Positions 49,888 through 63,147 of a stretch of 64,000 nt of DNA are shown here, piece by piece. Position numbers and translations under genes: made by a program. The DNA lies in contig NC_043018.1 in NCBI RefSeq assembly GCF_006345805.1, positions 25,048,001 to 25,112,000 of the forward strand, given 5' to 3'. Source of the stretch: Octopus sinensis. Taxonomy: Eukaryota. Under the pieces are notes generated by a model. The model saw only the letters and a list, made by a program, of their open reading frames with translations, was not told the origin of the DNA and did not search any database. Numbering within the stretch: position 1 is the stretch's first letter; every line of letters begins with the position of its first letter.

Positions 49888-51252
49888 CATACAAAATTTA
49901 GAGGAGTGACCCCCTAATAGTGGACAGTCTGTATGCTAGACATAGACGTCAAACTCGCCATTTACTACGAAGAATATTCGGATTTTTAAAAAAAAACATG
50001 CTAGGCCACTGGTTTTAATTGATTAATATCAATTTCTACCCTTATTTAATTTTATATATATATATATATAAATTTAGATCGTTAATTTAAATAAAATAAC
50101 GATTTTATCAAGAGGCCAGCATGGAAAAAATAACCTTCAAAGGTAATAATTATTAAAATTATAATTATATATATATATATATATAATAAAAAGACATGGC
50201 TTAATGTAACCCTGGGTTCACTGTAAATGGAGAGAAAGCCAAGATAGAGTGTTTTTAATCATGCCTGGTTGACCAGGACCGACCTACGGTTAAACACTAA
50301 CAATAAAATACTTCTCTCAGGTTTTGAGTATCTTTTTCAACTCATTAGTTGTTTAGCCCGTCTGTCTTGAGAGAGTAGAACTTTAATCAACGATGCTCCA
50401 ACCATGGCTCTCTCTCTCCCCTTTGTCTTATTTTCAAATGAATATTTAAAGACATCTTGCAATTTTTCTCGCCATCTTTTCTGCAAGTGGGTTGTGCGTA
50501 ACTTGAGGTATATCTAACTATTATTTCTAGTGGTAATTCCTTGTTGTTTTCTCTCGAAAGTTTTCGGAAAAAGTATGACTTATCATACATTTTCATATCC
50601 CCATGGAACGACATCATTTTCGAAACTTCAGACATACTCTCTTTTTTTCTCTCTTTTACTTGTTTCAGTCATTTGACTGCGGCCATGCTGGAGCACTGCC
50701 TTTAATCGAGCAACTCGACCCCGGGACTGATTCTTTTGTAAGCCCAGTTCTTATTCTATCGGTCTCTTTTGCCGAACCGCTAAGTAACGTAATATGTAAT
50801 TGAAAAAAAAAGAGGTGTGATGCAAATGTCTACTCTGGCACAATCAGTAGAGTGCTGGATAAAAATGCCCACTAAATATATTGTGTAGTTCTGTATTCTT
50901 AGTTCAAGCCCCCACCGAGGTCGACTTTATCGTTTATTTTCCTGCTATTTGAACCCAAAACGTAAAGAGTCGTAACAACTGCCATAGCGATTCTGTCACA
51001 CCATCAAGCTATTCTTTACTGGGATTAAATATCGAATTTTCAGGCACAACATGGCCACAAATTCCGCCACGGTCAATTTGTACCTTTTATATATTTCCAA
51101 ACCAAGTACTAACTCCTTCTCCCACGCCAAAATATTCTGACCTTTTGCCTGTATTAGAAATCGGTATTTAGTCCTAATAAATGGCGATTTACCTGGCGAG
51201 TTCGGTTTCCATTGAAGTCAACGTTTACCTTTCATCATTCCAAGATCGATAA

Positions 51253-51382
51253 CACAACCACATGGTTCCGGGTTCAGTCCCACTGCGTGGCATCTTGGGC
51301 AAGTGTCTTCTGCTATAGCCCCGGGCCGACCAATGCCTTGTGAGTGGATTTGGTAGACGGAAACTGAAAGAAGCCCGTCGTA

Positions 51383-51465
<83 letters not shown>

Positions 51466-51690
51466 ATATATATATATGTTGTGTGTCTGTGTTTGTCCCC
51501 CTAGCATTGCTTGACAACCGATGCTGGTGTGTTTACGTCCCCGTTACTTAGCGGTTCGGCAAAAGAGACTGATAGAATAAGTACTGGACTTACAAAGAAT
51601 AAGTCCCGGGGTCGATTTGCTCGACTAAAGGTGGTGCTCCAGCATGGCCGCAGTCAAATGACTGAAACAAGTAAAAGAGTAAAAGAGTAT
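51253..51690 (+). mobile_element. SINE family A, 5'-truncated, same subfamily as 6729
   Basis: Shares diagnostic bases GGCATCTTGGG, CTGCTATAGCCCCGGG, CCAATGCC and GTACTGGAC with the 6729-7132 copy. Confidence 0.9.
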
Positions 51691-52070
51691 AACAGAAATT
51701 TTTTTAAATCGTGTATTGAGAAATCAATTGTTTTCACATGAAATAGTATGTTAGAAAATATTTAAAATCTGATACCAATATACATACTTGTACTGTTGTG
51801 CTTGAACACGATGTCAGTTTTGGAGAATTTTTGGTTCATGACTTTGCCTCTTTCTCATTTGAACTCCTGCCGAATTCAGCTTCATCCTTTTTGCCTGTCC
51901 AAAAAGGCATTTTTCACAAGTTAATTCTGAACTCCCATGCTTGTTTTCAAGCATTTAGTTAGAGTTTGTTTCATACATTCTGAACGATACAGAGTTTTCC
52001 TTTCATAAGCCCAAAAAGTTACTCTAATCGTTGAAAATAAAATCAGAACTGTGTATTACAGATGATGCTT

Positions 52071-52116
52071 TGACACCAGAAAACATGTCGTCTGACACCA
52101 GAAAACATGTCGTCTG
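52071..52116. repeat. Perfect 22-bp tandem duplication TGACACCAGAAAACATGTCGTC
   Basis: Two exact copies plus TG. Confidence 0.95.
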
Positions 52117-53924
52117 GTTCACATGCGATTCGCAGACGAGGCAAAGATCGATAAAATAAAAACCTGTCAAGTACGGGGAAATCAATAAAAAGTATAGGGA
52201 AATCAATAAATTTTGATGTTGATTATGTAAAATGTGTGTGCGTGTAAATAAAGATATTTTAATTTTAATCCCAATGTTGTTCGCCTGGAACTCCCCCCCC
52301 CCATCCATCATGTTCCCCTTTCGGTTCAATCTAATTAATTTCAGTTGAGTCTGACCTTTGTGGTACGGGGTCCTTAAACGAATCATTTCATGTAACGTCT
52401 CATATTACCCCGTCTTTTTCCTTTACAAAAAGTTTTGCATTACCAGCAGCACGTTAATGTAATGCATACACTTTTTAACAGAAGACGTTGCTTAACAAAC
52501 GACATATTTTACGCTGTATACACGCAACATTAAATACACATATATATATATTTATATTTATATATGTTTATAGTACAACATGCACTTAACTTCCTCACGT
52601 TTTGTTATTCGAGTTCCCGTTGAGGTAAAAACACTTTACTGCTTTCGTTATATATTCTAAGCATTTTTTTCTGTAATGAAACGTAACATATGTATTACTC
52701 GTGTGAACTCACATAGCCACATGTCTGGAACAGTTTCTTCTCTGTATTTCCAGTTCCTTTTACCAACCTTTTTGGTTGTCATCGTTCTTAACCATATTTC
52801 TCCCAGGCTACCAAACTTTCTCCTTCCCACAGATCACCAATTCAAAGAAGGTTTCTGTCTATTAAGAATTATTTCTCTTCTGAGAATACATTGTCTAGCT
52901 ATTTCCGTCTCGATAATTAACTTTTGGGGTTTTTTCCTACTTATTTCAGTCATTGGATTGCGACTATGCCTTAAAGGGTTAAGTCACAATAGCGCCAGTG
53001 CCCCAGCATGGCCACAGCCCTAGCGCTGAAACACGTAAAAGAATAAAAACATCAACTCCAGTATTTATATATATATATATATTTTTTTCAAAGTCTGGTA
53101 TTCTGTTGGTCAGTTTTGCTGAACCACTCTGTTCCTGGGACGTAAATAAACCAACAAGCGGGGTGGGGGGGGGGGCACATGCCCACGATGGACTTTCACA
53201 GTTTCCATCTACAAAATCCACCCTCGAGGCATTGGCCGACTTGGGAATTTGCAATAGAATGCACTTATCCAAGAGTGCCGCACTGTAGGACTGAACCCGA
53301 ACCCACGTGGTTGCGAAGCGAACTATTTCACCACACAGCCAAGTCTGCGCTTGTTGGATGGTTAAAAAAAAAGTTTCCATTCATCTCATTCAATCACTTC
53401 TTTTAAGGACGGGAGAGCCTCGCTTAAAGTTCGGTTGGCTAAGCTTTTATTTTGAAAATATTGCATCAAATTAGGTTTGCACCGGGCATGATGAATATCC
53501 AAATATCCATGAACGAATATAATTTTTTTTTTTTTTGTAATGTACTAAGATTTTATTTGAAATCCATACTATGTGTGTATATGATTCAAATAAGTTATTA
53601 TATATAAAAATAATGATCAAGTGGCCAGCAAGCAATTCAATTAAGCAAAATATATGATAAGAAGAAAGGGCCCAATATGCTTGCTTGAAAGAGAAGTTAA
53701 AACCACGCATCTCTCACTGTATTTAAACACGCACAGAGAATATACAAACATATCTCTCCGAAATAGTACCCCCATTTGTAAGATACATTTAGTATTGTAC
53801 TAATAAAAACATAGACATCCTAAATATATTTGGAGGGTTTTAACTCCTTTCAAGCAAACAGGTACATGACTTTTTCTTATATGTACTTATAGAGTGTTTG
53901 AAGTGGTGTACAGATATTGTATAT

Positions 53925-54094
53925 TAAGTAAAATGAGGCAGTCAGAATATTGGATAATTCTTTATGAGCGGTTTCGTTCGTTTAACCAAACTTTTCAAGA
54001 TAATAAAACGAAGATGGTTTTATTATTTTGAAAAAAGTTCGGTTAAACGAACTAAAGCGCTAATAAAGAATTATCCAAAACCTGCCTCACTTTT

Positions 54095-54099
<5 letters not shown>
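53925..54099. mobile_element. Foldback MITE of about 175 bp, 7-nt spacer, TA ends
   Basis: 53925-54009 versus reverse complement of 54017-54099 match, e.g. TGAGGCAG..TTGGATAATTCTTTAT..GTTCGTTTAACC. Confidence 0.8.
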
Positions 54100-54191
<92 letters not shown>

Positions 54192-54588
54192 CCTTCGGAG
54201 ATAATCTCAGAAAAATGAAACTATTTGTTTCATTCAAGCTCCGTAAAACGTTTTTATTTCTTTAGTTTCCTTTTCAGCTTACACACATACCTCTGCATAA
54301 ATACATACATACATACACACATACATACATACACACACATCATTTTCACTTTTCAGCTGCCAAAGATATGCCTTAAAGAAATAAAAAATTTATATGGATA
54401 TTGCCGAACAAATAGGTTCGCTTTTCTGAGAGCATCTCCGAAGGATTTCCCTTAAATAAGTGTGAATATATATATATATATTATATGCGTCTTTATACAA
54501 GCATGTGTAGATATATATGTATGCATGTGTATGTAAGTCTGTTTGCATGTGTGTGTGTATGTGTACAGATATTATGAATGAAAATAAG

Positions 54589-54678
54589 TCGGCAAATTAC
54601 GTAATTTGCCAGAAACTCGGCAAAGATCGTAATTTGCCAGGAACTCGGCAAATTACGTAATTTGCCGGGAACTCGGCA
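54589..54678. repeat. 28-bp-period tandem array of palindromic units (GGCAAATTACGTAATTTGCC)
   Basis: Units start at 54589, 54617, 54645 and a partial at 54673. Confidence 0.95.
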
Positions 54679-55477
54679 GTTGTGTGAAACAATTGTTTCG
54701 TTTGAAATGAAATTAAAATCATCCAAACTTGATGTGATCAAAACGATAATTGCAAAGTTCAATTTTTTTCTTTTTTTACTAAAATACTTACGGTTTATTT
54801 CAATAAACCAAAATATAAGATTTTTATTCAGGATTATATTGTCAGGCGTATTTAACAATTAGTATAAACTCTTACCTCTATTCCTTAGTATGACATTTTA
54901 TGGCACATAACGTCTCTAAAATATTGAAATCATTTTTTTATTTCTTGACTTACTGGGTTCGCCAAACAAATTGCCAACACCGATTGTCGAGCGCTGGCGG
55001 GAGTGAGGGGAACACACACACCTACATACATACACACACACACCTACATACATACACACACACACACACACGCACGCACGCACACATACATACATACGTG
55101 TGCTGCTTTCAATTTTCTTTTATCAAATCCACTGAGCTATAGTCGAAGACACTTGCCCAAGGTGCCGCTCAGTAGGACGGAACCCGTAACCACATAGTTG
55201 GGAAGCAAGCTTCTTACCTACCATACAGTCACGCCTGCGTCTGTATACCATTTATTGCCTCTCTACCGACTCCCGGCTGCTCCATAACAGCATATATTGT
55301 ATGCAGTCTGTCCACCACTACATAACTTCTCCGAGGGTGAGGCTATTGAATATGGAACTCAAAGAAGAAGGAGTCTTATCTGATACTTTGATAATGCTTG
55401 TGTGTGTTGGTTCATGAGGAATTAATCCTAACGACGCCAAGAAATTTAATTGAACTTTCAATATTCATTTGTTAATA

Positions 55478-55757
55478 AAGGCGGCGAGCTGGCAGAAGCG
55501 TTAGCACGCCGGGCGAAATGCTTTGTGGTATCTCGTCTGCCGTTACGTTGTGAGTTCAAATTCCGCCGAGGTCGACTTCACCTTTCATCCTTTCGGGGTC
55601 AATAAATTAAGTACCAGTTACGCACTGGGGTCGATGTAATCAACTTAATACCTATGTCTGTCCTTGTTTGTCCCCTCTATGTTTAGCCCCTTGTGGGCAA
55701 TAAAGAAATAGGTATTTCGTCTGCCGCTACGTTCTGAGTTCAAATTCCGCCGAGGTG
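55478..55757 (+). mobile_element. SINE family B with 3' extension into a second partial unit
   Basis: ..AAAGAAATAG|GTATTTCGTCTGCCGCTACGTTCTGAGTTCAAATTCCGCCGAGG at 55702-55755. Confidence 0.9.
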
Positions 55758-56288
55758 ACTTGGGGGAAATTTCAAACAACAAGATGAGGACATCTATCCG
55801 TCTAATGTAAATAATGTTACATAATTCCTCATCTCTTAAATAGAGAACTGTACAATGGTGGTTTGTTTTTATTTTTTGTTTTACTAACTGGACGGGCATC
55901 TGGATTGGTGGATGGATATCCTTCTTTCCTTTAGGCCAGCCTTTTGTTTAGCTCTAGGTCCACCCTGATCGAACAGACAGACCTACGCTCAAAAAGATAT
56001 TCCGATTATGTTCATCCTGCCCCCCCCCCCCTTTTTTTTACTGTTAAGATGATATATTCTCTTGGCTGGAATGCTTCTTCCTTTAATACTTTATGTTGTG
56101 ATTTAAAGGCAGTTTTTGCTTATGTTTGTCGCACTTTGTGGATGTTCGCTTTCAGTTAGTTATTGGTTCTTCAACGAAGCAAAACGAGATTTTGAGTCAG
56201 AACGTAAAGAAACCAACTTCAACAGCTTAGCCAACTGGTTCCGACAAAATCTCTGCTCTCTCGCTCTCGCTCTCTCTCTCACTCTCTC

Positions 56289-56331
<43 letters not shown>

Positions 56332-56559
56332 CTCCTCCTCCTCCCTCGTTCCCATACATTCACACTCCCTAACTCCCTACCTCTCTCTCTCTCTTTCTTC
56401 TCTTGCACCTCTCTCTCTCTCTATCTATCCCTCCCTCGTTCCCATACATTCACACTCACTCTTATTCCCTTGCTCACTCCCTTTATTCTTCTAACCATTC
56501 TCTCTTTTCACTCACAACTCTGGCTCATTTTCTCTTATCCTTTCTCCCCGACTCCCTAC

Positions 56560-58135
56560 CTCTCTCTCTCTCTCTTTCTTCTCTTACACATGTTCATTCT
56601 CTTCTTTCTCACTCATTTTCGTTGACTTTTTCTCACATTTTCCCTCACTCAATCTCACAATTCCCCCTCACTCTCACTTCTGGCTTTATTTAATTTTCTC
56701 GTTGACTCTCACGCACACTCATTCCTCTCTCTCTTTCTTTCTTACACTTATTCAATGCACTCCCTCTCTCATTCTGTTACTGTATCCAATTCTCTCTCTC
56801 ACACACACATTACCGTGAAAGTGTGAAAGCTGCTGTCATAAGCTTTTCCCAACTCTGTTCGTCATCTCTTCTCATTTGTCCTCTCCCCAACTACCATTTC
56901 TCACTATACAGATCCTCCCCAACACCTCACCTCTTCATCCCCTTCGCTTTTCAATTCCGCACACCGCTCCCTACATCACTCCACCTTAGCCAACTTCTCT
57001 CCCTATCGTCCTCTCTTTCTCTTCCACCCTACTGTCTATTTCTCTCTCTATCGCTCTACCCTACTATTTACTTCTCTGTCTTCTTCTCTCTCTCTTTCTC
57101 TCTCTACCCCTCCATATGTTTCTCTCTACCAATCCACCCTAGACATTTTCTCTCCCTATCGTCCTCTCTTTCTCTCCCTCCACCCTACTATTTATTTCTC
57201 TCTCTATCGCTCTACCCTACTATGTACTTCTCTCTGTCTTCCTCTCTCTCTCTCTCTCTCTCTACCCCTCCATATGTTTCTCTCTACCAATCCACCCTCA
57301 ACTCTACTCCCCTCTTATTTTTTCCAATTTCCACACATCACTCCACCCTAGACAACTGTGCCCCTCCACCGCCACCACCAACACCGCCGCCACTTCCATA
57401 TGTTTGCCTTAACCGAAATTTAACCAAACAATATCGTTTGCTCTTCTGAGCCTATAAACCTAAGTAGAAAGAAATAGCTAACCTTCACCAGCCGAACCCC
57501 CTGCTGTACCCAAACCATTAACCATTAGCAACAGTTTTTCGTCGTGACGATGGTGGTGGTAATGGGGTATGTTTTGTCAGACAATTTAATGGTGTTGCTT
57601 CCTATAATGACTCTGCGCTCTATGTATGTTGATGTCTGGGGGGAGGGGGGGAAACGGGTTGGCGGGGTGGTTGTTCTAGAAGGGAACATCCACCGTTTGT
57701 GGGTGCTGTTCTCTCCCTCCCCTGTCTGAACCCAACCTATTGTAACCACACAAGGGAGCTGCTAGTGGTGGTGGTGTTGGTGGTAGTGCTGGTGTTAAGT
57801 GTAGAAACGTTAATTGTCGGTTTGTTCGAAATTTCTAACTAAAATATTCCACCATCCAGTACTAGACTTTGGCACCAACGTAATTACTATAATGAGTGAG
57901 TTGAAAAAATTTAATGAATTAATTAAAATTGAAAAAAATTAAAACACCCATGGTTAGGAGATAGATTCGTTGGTTTTAATAAACAATTTAGTTCAAAAAG
58001 AGGCACAAGTCAAGAGGAGACAACGAAATTTTAAAATTTCTTTATCTCAATACCTTTAGATACGTTAAGCACTGAGCTTATTGATAAGAGAAGAGTACTA
58101 TTTCGTCCACAAGCAGAAGGTGTACCTGAATACTT

Positions 58136-58221
<86 letters not shown>

Positions 58222-59774
58222 CTCTTACACATGTTCATTCTCTTCTTTCTCACTCATTTTCGTTGACTTTTTCTCACATTTTCCCTCACTCAATCTCACA
58301 ATTCCCCCTCACTCTCACTTCTGGCTTTATTTAATTTTCTCGTTGACTCTCACGCACACTCATTCCTCTCTCTCTTTCTTTCTTACACTTATTCAATGCA
58401 CTCCCTCTCTCATTCTGTTACTGTATCCAATTCTCTCTCTCACACACACATTACCGTGAAAGTGTGAAAGCTGCTGTCATAAGCTTTTCCCAACTCTGTT
58501 CGTCATCTCTTCTCATTTGTCCTCTCCCCAACTACCATTTCTCACTATACAGATCCTCCCCAACACCTCACCTCTTCATCCCCTTCGCTTTTCAATTCCG
58601 CACACCGCTCCCTACATCACTCCACCTTAGCCAACTTCTCTCCCTATCGTCCTCTCTTTCTCTTCCACCCTACTGTCTATTTCTCTCTCTATCGCTCTAC
58701 CCTACTATTTACTTCTCTGTCTTCTTCTCTCTCTCTTTCTCTCTCTACCCCTCCATATGTTTCTCTCTACCAATCCACCCTAGACATTTTCTCTCCCTAT
58801 CGTCCTCTCTTTCTCTCCCTCCACCCTACTATTTATTTCTCTCTCTATCGCTCTACCCTACTATGTACTTCTCTCTGTCTTCCTCTCTCTCTCTCTCTCT
58901 CTCTACCCCTCCATATGTTTCTCTCTACCAATCCACCCTCAACTCTACTCCCCTCTTATTTTTTCCAATTTCCACACATCACTCCACCCTAGACAACTGT
59001 GCCCCTCCACCGCCACCACCAACACCGCCGCCACTTCCATATGTTTGCCTTAACCGAAATTTAACCAAACAAATATCGTTTGCTCTTCTGAGCCTATAAA
59101 CCTAAGTAGAAAGAAATAGCTAACCTTCACCAGCCGAACCCCCTGCTGTACCCAAACCATTAACCATTAGCAACAGTTTTTCGTCGTGACGATGGTGGTG
59201 GTAATGGGGTATGTTTTGTCAGACAATTTAATGGTGTTGCTTCCTATAATGACTCTGCGCTCTATGTATGTTGATGTCTGGGGGGGGGGGGGGAAACGGG
59301 TTGGCGGGGTGGTTGTTCTAGAAGGGAACATCCACCGTTTGTGGGTGCTGTTCTCTCCCTCCCCTGTCTGAACCCAACCTATTGTAACCACACAAGGGAG
59401 CTGCTAGTGGTGGTGGTGTTGGTGGTAGTGCTGGTGTTAAGTGTAGAAACGTTAATTGTCGGTTTGTTCGAAATTTCTAACTAAAATATTCCACCATCCA
59501 GTACTAGACTTTGGCACCAACGTAATTACTATAATGAGTGAGTTGAAAAAATTTAATGAATTAATTAAAATTGAAAAAAATTAAAACACCCATGGTTAGG
59601 AGATAGATTCGTTGGTTTTAATAAACAATTTAGTTCAAAAAGAGGCACAAGTCAAGAGGAGACAACGAAATTTTAAAATTTCTTTATCTCAATACCTTTA
59701 GATACGTTAAGCACTGAGCTTATTGATAAGAGAAGAGTACTATTTCGTCCACAAGCAGAAGGTGTACCTGAATA

Positions 59775-59853
<79 letters not shown>
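56560..59853. repeat. Near-identical tandem duplication, period 1641-1642 bp, junctions in (CT)n
   Basis: 56581 aligns with 58222 and 58131 with 59773. Each unit also has an internal ~153-bp duplication (57001 and 57154). Confidence 0.95.
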
Positions 59854-59857
<4 letters not shown>

Positions 59858-60112
59858 CTTAAATATTCCAGTTTTTGAAATTGGTTTCTTTGCTTTAAAG
59901 CAAAAGCTGTTCCAATGGTGGGGAAGCTTAAATATATATATATAACAATATCAAGCTTTTGATGTACTTGCTTTAAGTACGATATACATATTACTATTTT
60001 GAACTTCTATTTCTGTAACAATTATAATTTATGCATTCTGTAAACACGATGGTATTGCTATCGCTACTCCCACTAATATTTATTGTTACTACTACTACAA
60101 CTACTGCTGCTG

Positions 60113-60147
<35 letters not shown>

Positions 60148-60278
60148 GCTACTGCTGCTGCTACTTCTACTAACCATGCAAACGTACCTTCTAGAAATAG
60201 TTATCAAATCGCTGCCTTATATTGAAAGGGAGAATGAAATATATATCTAGGATAATGTAGTGCTGGTTACATTATTAA

Positions 60279-60499
60279 CTTTTTAGCATTTAAACTGGCC
60301 CTATGAGGCCCAAATATTCTACTTGTTTTGTGTTCAAGCTGGCCAAATGTGGCCTTTTGCACCTACCCTACAATGTCAGTCTATGAATAAACAAGCACCT
60401 CATCAAAACCTCAAGGCTACGAGGTAACACATGATTAATTCAAAACAATATTAATAAATATGCATTACATTTGACAGAGTAATTCAAATGTTTAAAGGG
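60279..60499. mobile_element. Degenerate piggyBac-like MITE
   Basis: TTAA|CTTTTTAGCATTT..AAATGTTTAAAGGG termini. The right TTAA is lost. Confidence 0.45.
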
Positions 60500-60820
60500 A
60501 GCCTTACACAAAGACAGAAGGGTCACTTCTGGAATATCTTTGATCCTACATTTATCTCTCTCATTCTGGGCTGAACTATGGATAAACAACAGCCATACAT
60601 GGGCAAACATCTGTTTGCCTTTCACCCCTCTGGGGTCAATAAAGTACTAGTAAAATACGGGGTGGTGGGGTCAGTGATATTGACTGATCCTGTCCCTTCA
60701 AAATTATCGGCCTTTTGCCTAAATCAAGAAGTACCATCATTGTTAAAGGAGTGCAGAATCAGCATATTCGAAACTTCTCAAATTCTTTGATTGATTCATT
60801 TGTGAGAACTTCATTGTAAG

Positions 60821-60948
60821 CAGGGCTGTGGAGTCGGAGTCGGTAAAATAGACCACAATCACTTAATTACATAGAGGAGTCAGAGTCGGAGGTTCCAATA
60901 GTAACGGAGTCGGAGTCAAAGTTTTTTTGTTTTGACTCCACAACCCTA
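60821..60948. mobile_element. Small hAT-like MITE with GGAGTC subterminal repeats
   Basis: CAGGGCTGTGGAGTC..GACTCCACAACCCTA termini. The 8-bp flanks ATTGTAAG and GTTGTGAC match only 5 of 8. Confidence 0.65.
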
Positions 60949-61019
60949 GTTGTGACTATACAAGAATTCTTAGTCTACAAATCTTGATGTCTTTCTCTGA
61001 TTGGGTCCCAAGAACTCAT

Positions 61020-61205
61020 CATCATTATCATCATAGTCATCATTTAACATCTGTTTTCCATGCCAGCATGGGTTGGACAGTTTGGCTTGAGCTGACAAGC
61101 AGGAGATCTCTTTGTCCCAATCTGATTTGGCTTGATTTCTACAGCTGGATGCCCTTCCTGACGCCAACCACTTTACTTGTTGCTTTTAACATGGCACCAG
61201 CACAG
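61020..61205 (-). mobile_element. 3' end of RTE-like LINE/SINE, diverged
   Basis: Homologous to 31525-31790. Confidence 0.65.
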
Positions 61206-61443
61206 GGCTCTTGCAGGCCAATCTTCATTATCAGGAGGAGCAGCCTTAATACTTCTGCTGTGGAGGACACATATTATTAATAAGAGAAGAGCACTAAGAA
61301 TGAAATAAACCTTGATAGACTTATCCCTATACTCAAACATGTATATTATGTGGGTATATTTCATAAACTTTGTGGGCTTGTGCCAATGTTACAAGAATTC
61401 ATCATAGCTGTTATTGATACCGTTACTACTACTACTACTGCTG

Positions 61444-61480
<37 letters not shown>

Positions 61481-62357
61481 ATTTGTTAGAAACTTAATTG
61501 CATGTGAAAGTTGCGATTTCTCTTTTAAGACACACACTGTGTGCATGTGTTTATTTGAGGGTATATACTGGTGTGTGTGTGTGTGAGAGAGAGAGAGAAA
61601 GAGAGAGAGAGGGCATCTGTGTACTTAAAACACAGTTGCAAGCCGTATCAGTTTTCCCATACATAAGGTTATTTTATAACTAACCTTGCAATACAATCCA
61701 TACACACACCAATTATTATTCTACTTAGGGAAACTCGTTATTAATATCAATATCACTACTATATTATTATTATTCTTATTCTTCTTCTTCTTCTTATTAT
61801 TATTATTATCATTATTATTTTTTTATTATAATTTATTTTCTCTTTTCAATCACTGTATCATAAAACTCTCTCGAACTTCCATGTGTGTGTGTGTGTGAGA
61901 ATATTTTCTTTGTAAACCGGATTTTTCCTTTTAATTATGCTACTCACACAAGAAAATATACAATTTCTGCTTGAATAATGCATACATATTTCACTTTTCT
62001 ATATAATTCTGAGTCTATTTCATGTGTGTGTGTGTGTAATAAGCATTAATATACGAAATTTGTGTCCCCAGTTGTAGGCTATAGTTTTGAACATAGCTGA
62101 AATTCTGCATTAGATCTCATCTTTCCAAAGAGAACCCTGGGCTAAATGAGTTCACTGTTAGCATACACACATGCATAGGTGCAGCTGTGGTTGTGTAAAT
62201 AAGAAGCTTGCTTTCCAACTATGTGGTCATAGGTTCAATACTACTGCACGGCATTCTGCACAAGTGTTCACTAGTATACCTCTCAGCCAACCAAAGCCGT
62301 GTGGGTGGATTTATGCAGATGAAAACTGAAAGAAAACTACCATGTATGTATGTTTGT

Positions 62358-62394
<37 letters not shown>

Positions 62395-62610
62395 CTTTAT
62401 TTAAAAGCAGCAGAAAATTCAACAAAACCTGTAACTCTGAGTTTCACGTTCCCGTTCGCCGGACAAAAACTGTCCAACAAACGGGAACATGAAACTCAGA
62501 GTTACAGGTTTTGTTGAATTTTCTGCTGCTTTTAAATAAAGCATATTACTCTACCTCTGGTATTTGAGTACTCTTTTTTCCACCTTGTTTCACATTTATG
62601 TGTTTACTCC
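62395..62610 (+). mobile_element. (TA)n-embedded element with 147-bp palindrome; putative Penelope-like terminal repeat
   Basis: 71-bp arms (62395-62465 and 62471-62541), 5-nt loop, four mismatches. Confidence 0.65.
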
Positions 62611-62612
62611 GG

Positions 62613-62646
<34 letters not shown>

Positions 62647-62846
62647 AGATGTAGGAAGAAAGTCAGCTTCAAGCAATCCATAGTAAATATAAAGGACAAC
62701 TTTCAGGGGCAGTTGTGGTTTATTGAGATGGAAGGTTGTGGACTTTTTTCATATCGCAGTACAATAAATTAAAAAAAGAGTTCTTTTTATTATTCATGAT
62801 AAGCAGCCAGGATTGCCAGGTATGCGAATAAGAATACAAGAGTTAA

Positions 62847-63147
62847 GGAAGGGAATAGATAAGATCTGGGCTAATTTTTTATGGCAAGTGGAACCCCGGA
62901 AGTGGTAAATATCCAAGCAAAGTGTATACCACAGGCTAGTCATCAGGCCAAGGGTATCTTGATTAAATGAAAGTTTACACTGTTGCAAGGAGGTACTTGT
63001 TAACACATGGAAGAATTGATCATTCAATAATCAAGATACCCTTGACCTGATGAGTAGCCTGCGGTATGCACCTCACTTGGATATTTACCATTTCTGAGGT
63101 TCTGCTCGCTATGAAACATGTAGCCCAGATCTTATCCTCTCCATTCC
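62847..63147. mobile_element. TTAA-flanked long-TIR MITE with GG..CC ends (Kolobok/T2-like by inference)
   Basis: TTAA at 62843-62846 and 63148-63151. Arms of about 125 bp are clearly homologous in inverted orientation. Confidence 0.8.

Noticed and set aside
50387-50635. 82-aa ATG-initiated minus-strand ORF
   Set aside because: No recognisable homology or splice context, and its length is compatible with chance.
54589-54678. Palindromic repeat array as a CRISPR
   Set aside because: No unique spacers (only 6-8 near-constant bases between palindromes), no cas genes, and animal genomic context.
56823-59099. Duplicated 208/211-aa ORFs
   Set aside because: CT-rich low-complexity sequence lacks stop codons by composition, and they appear twice only because of the tandem duplication.
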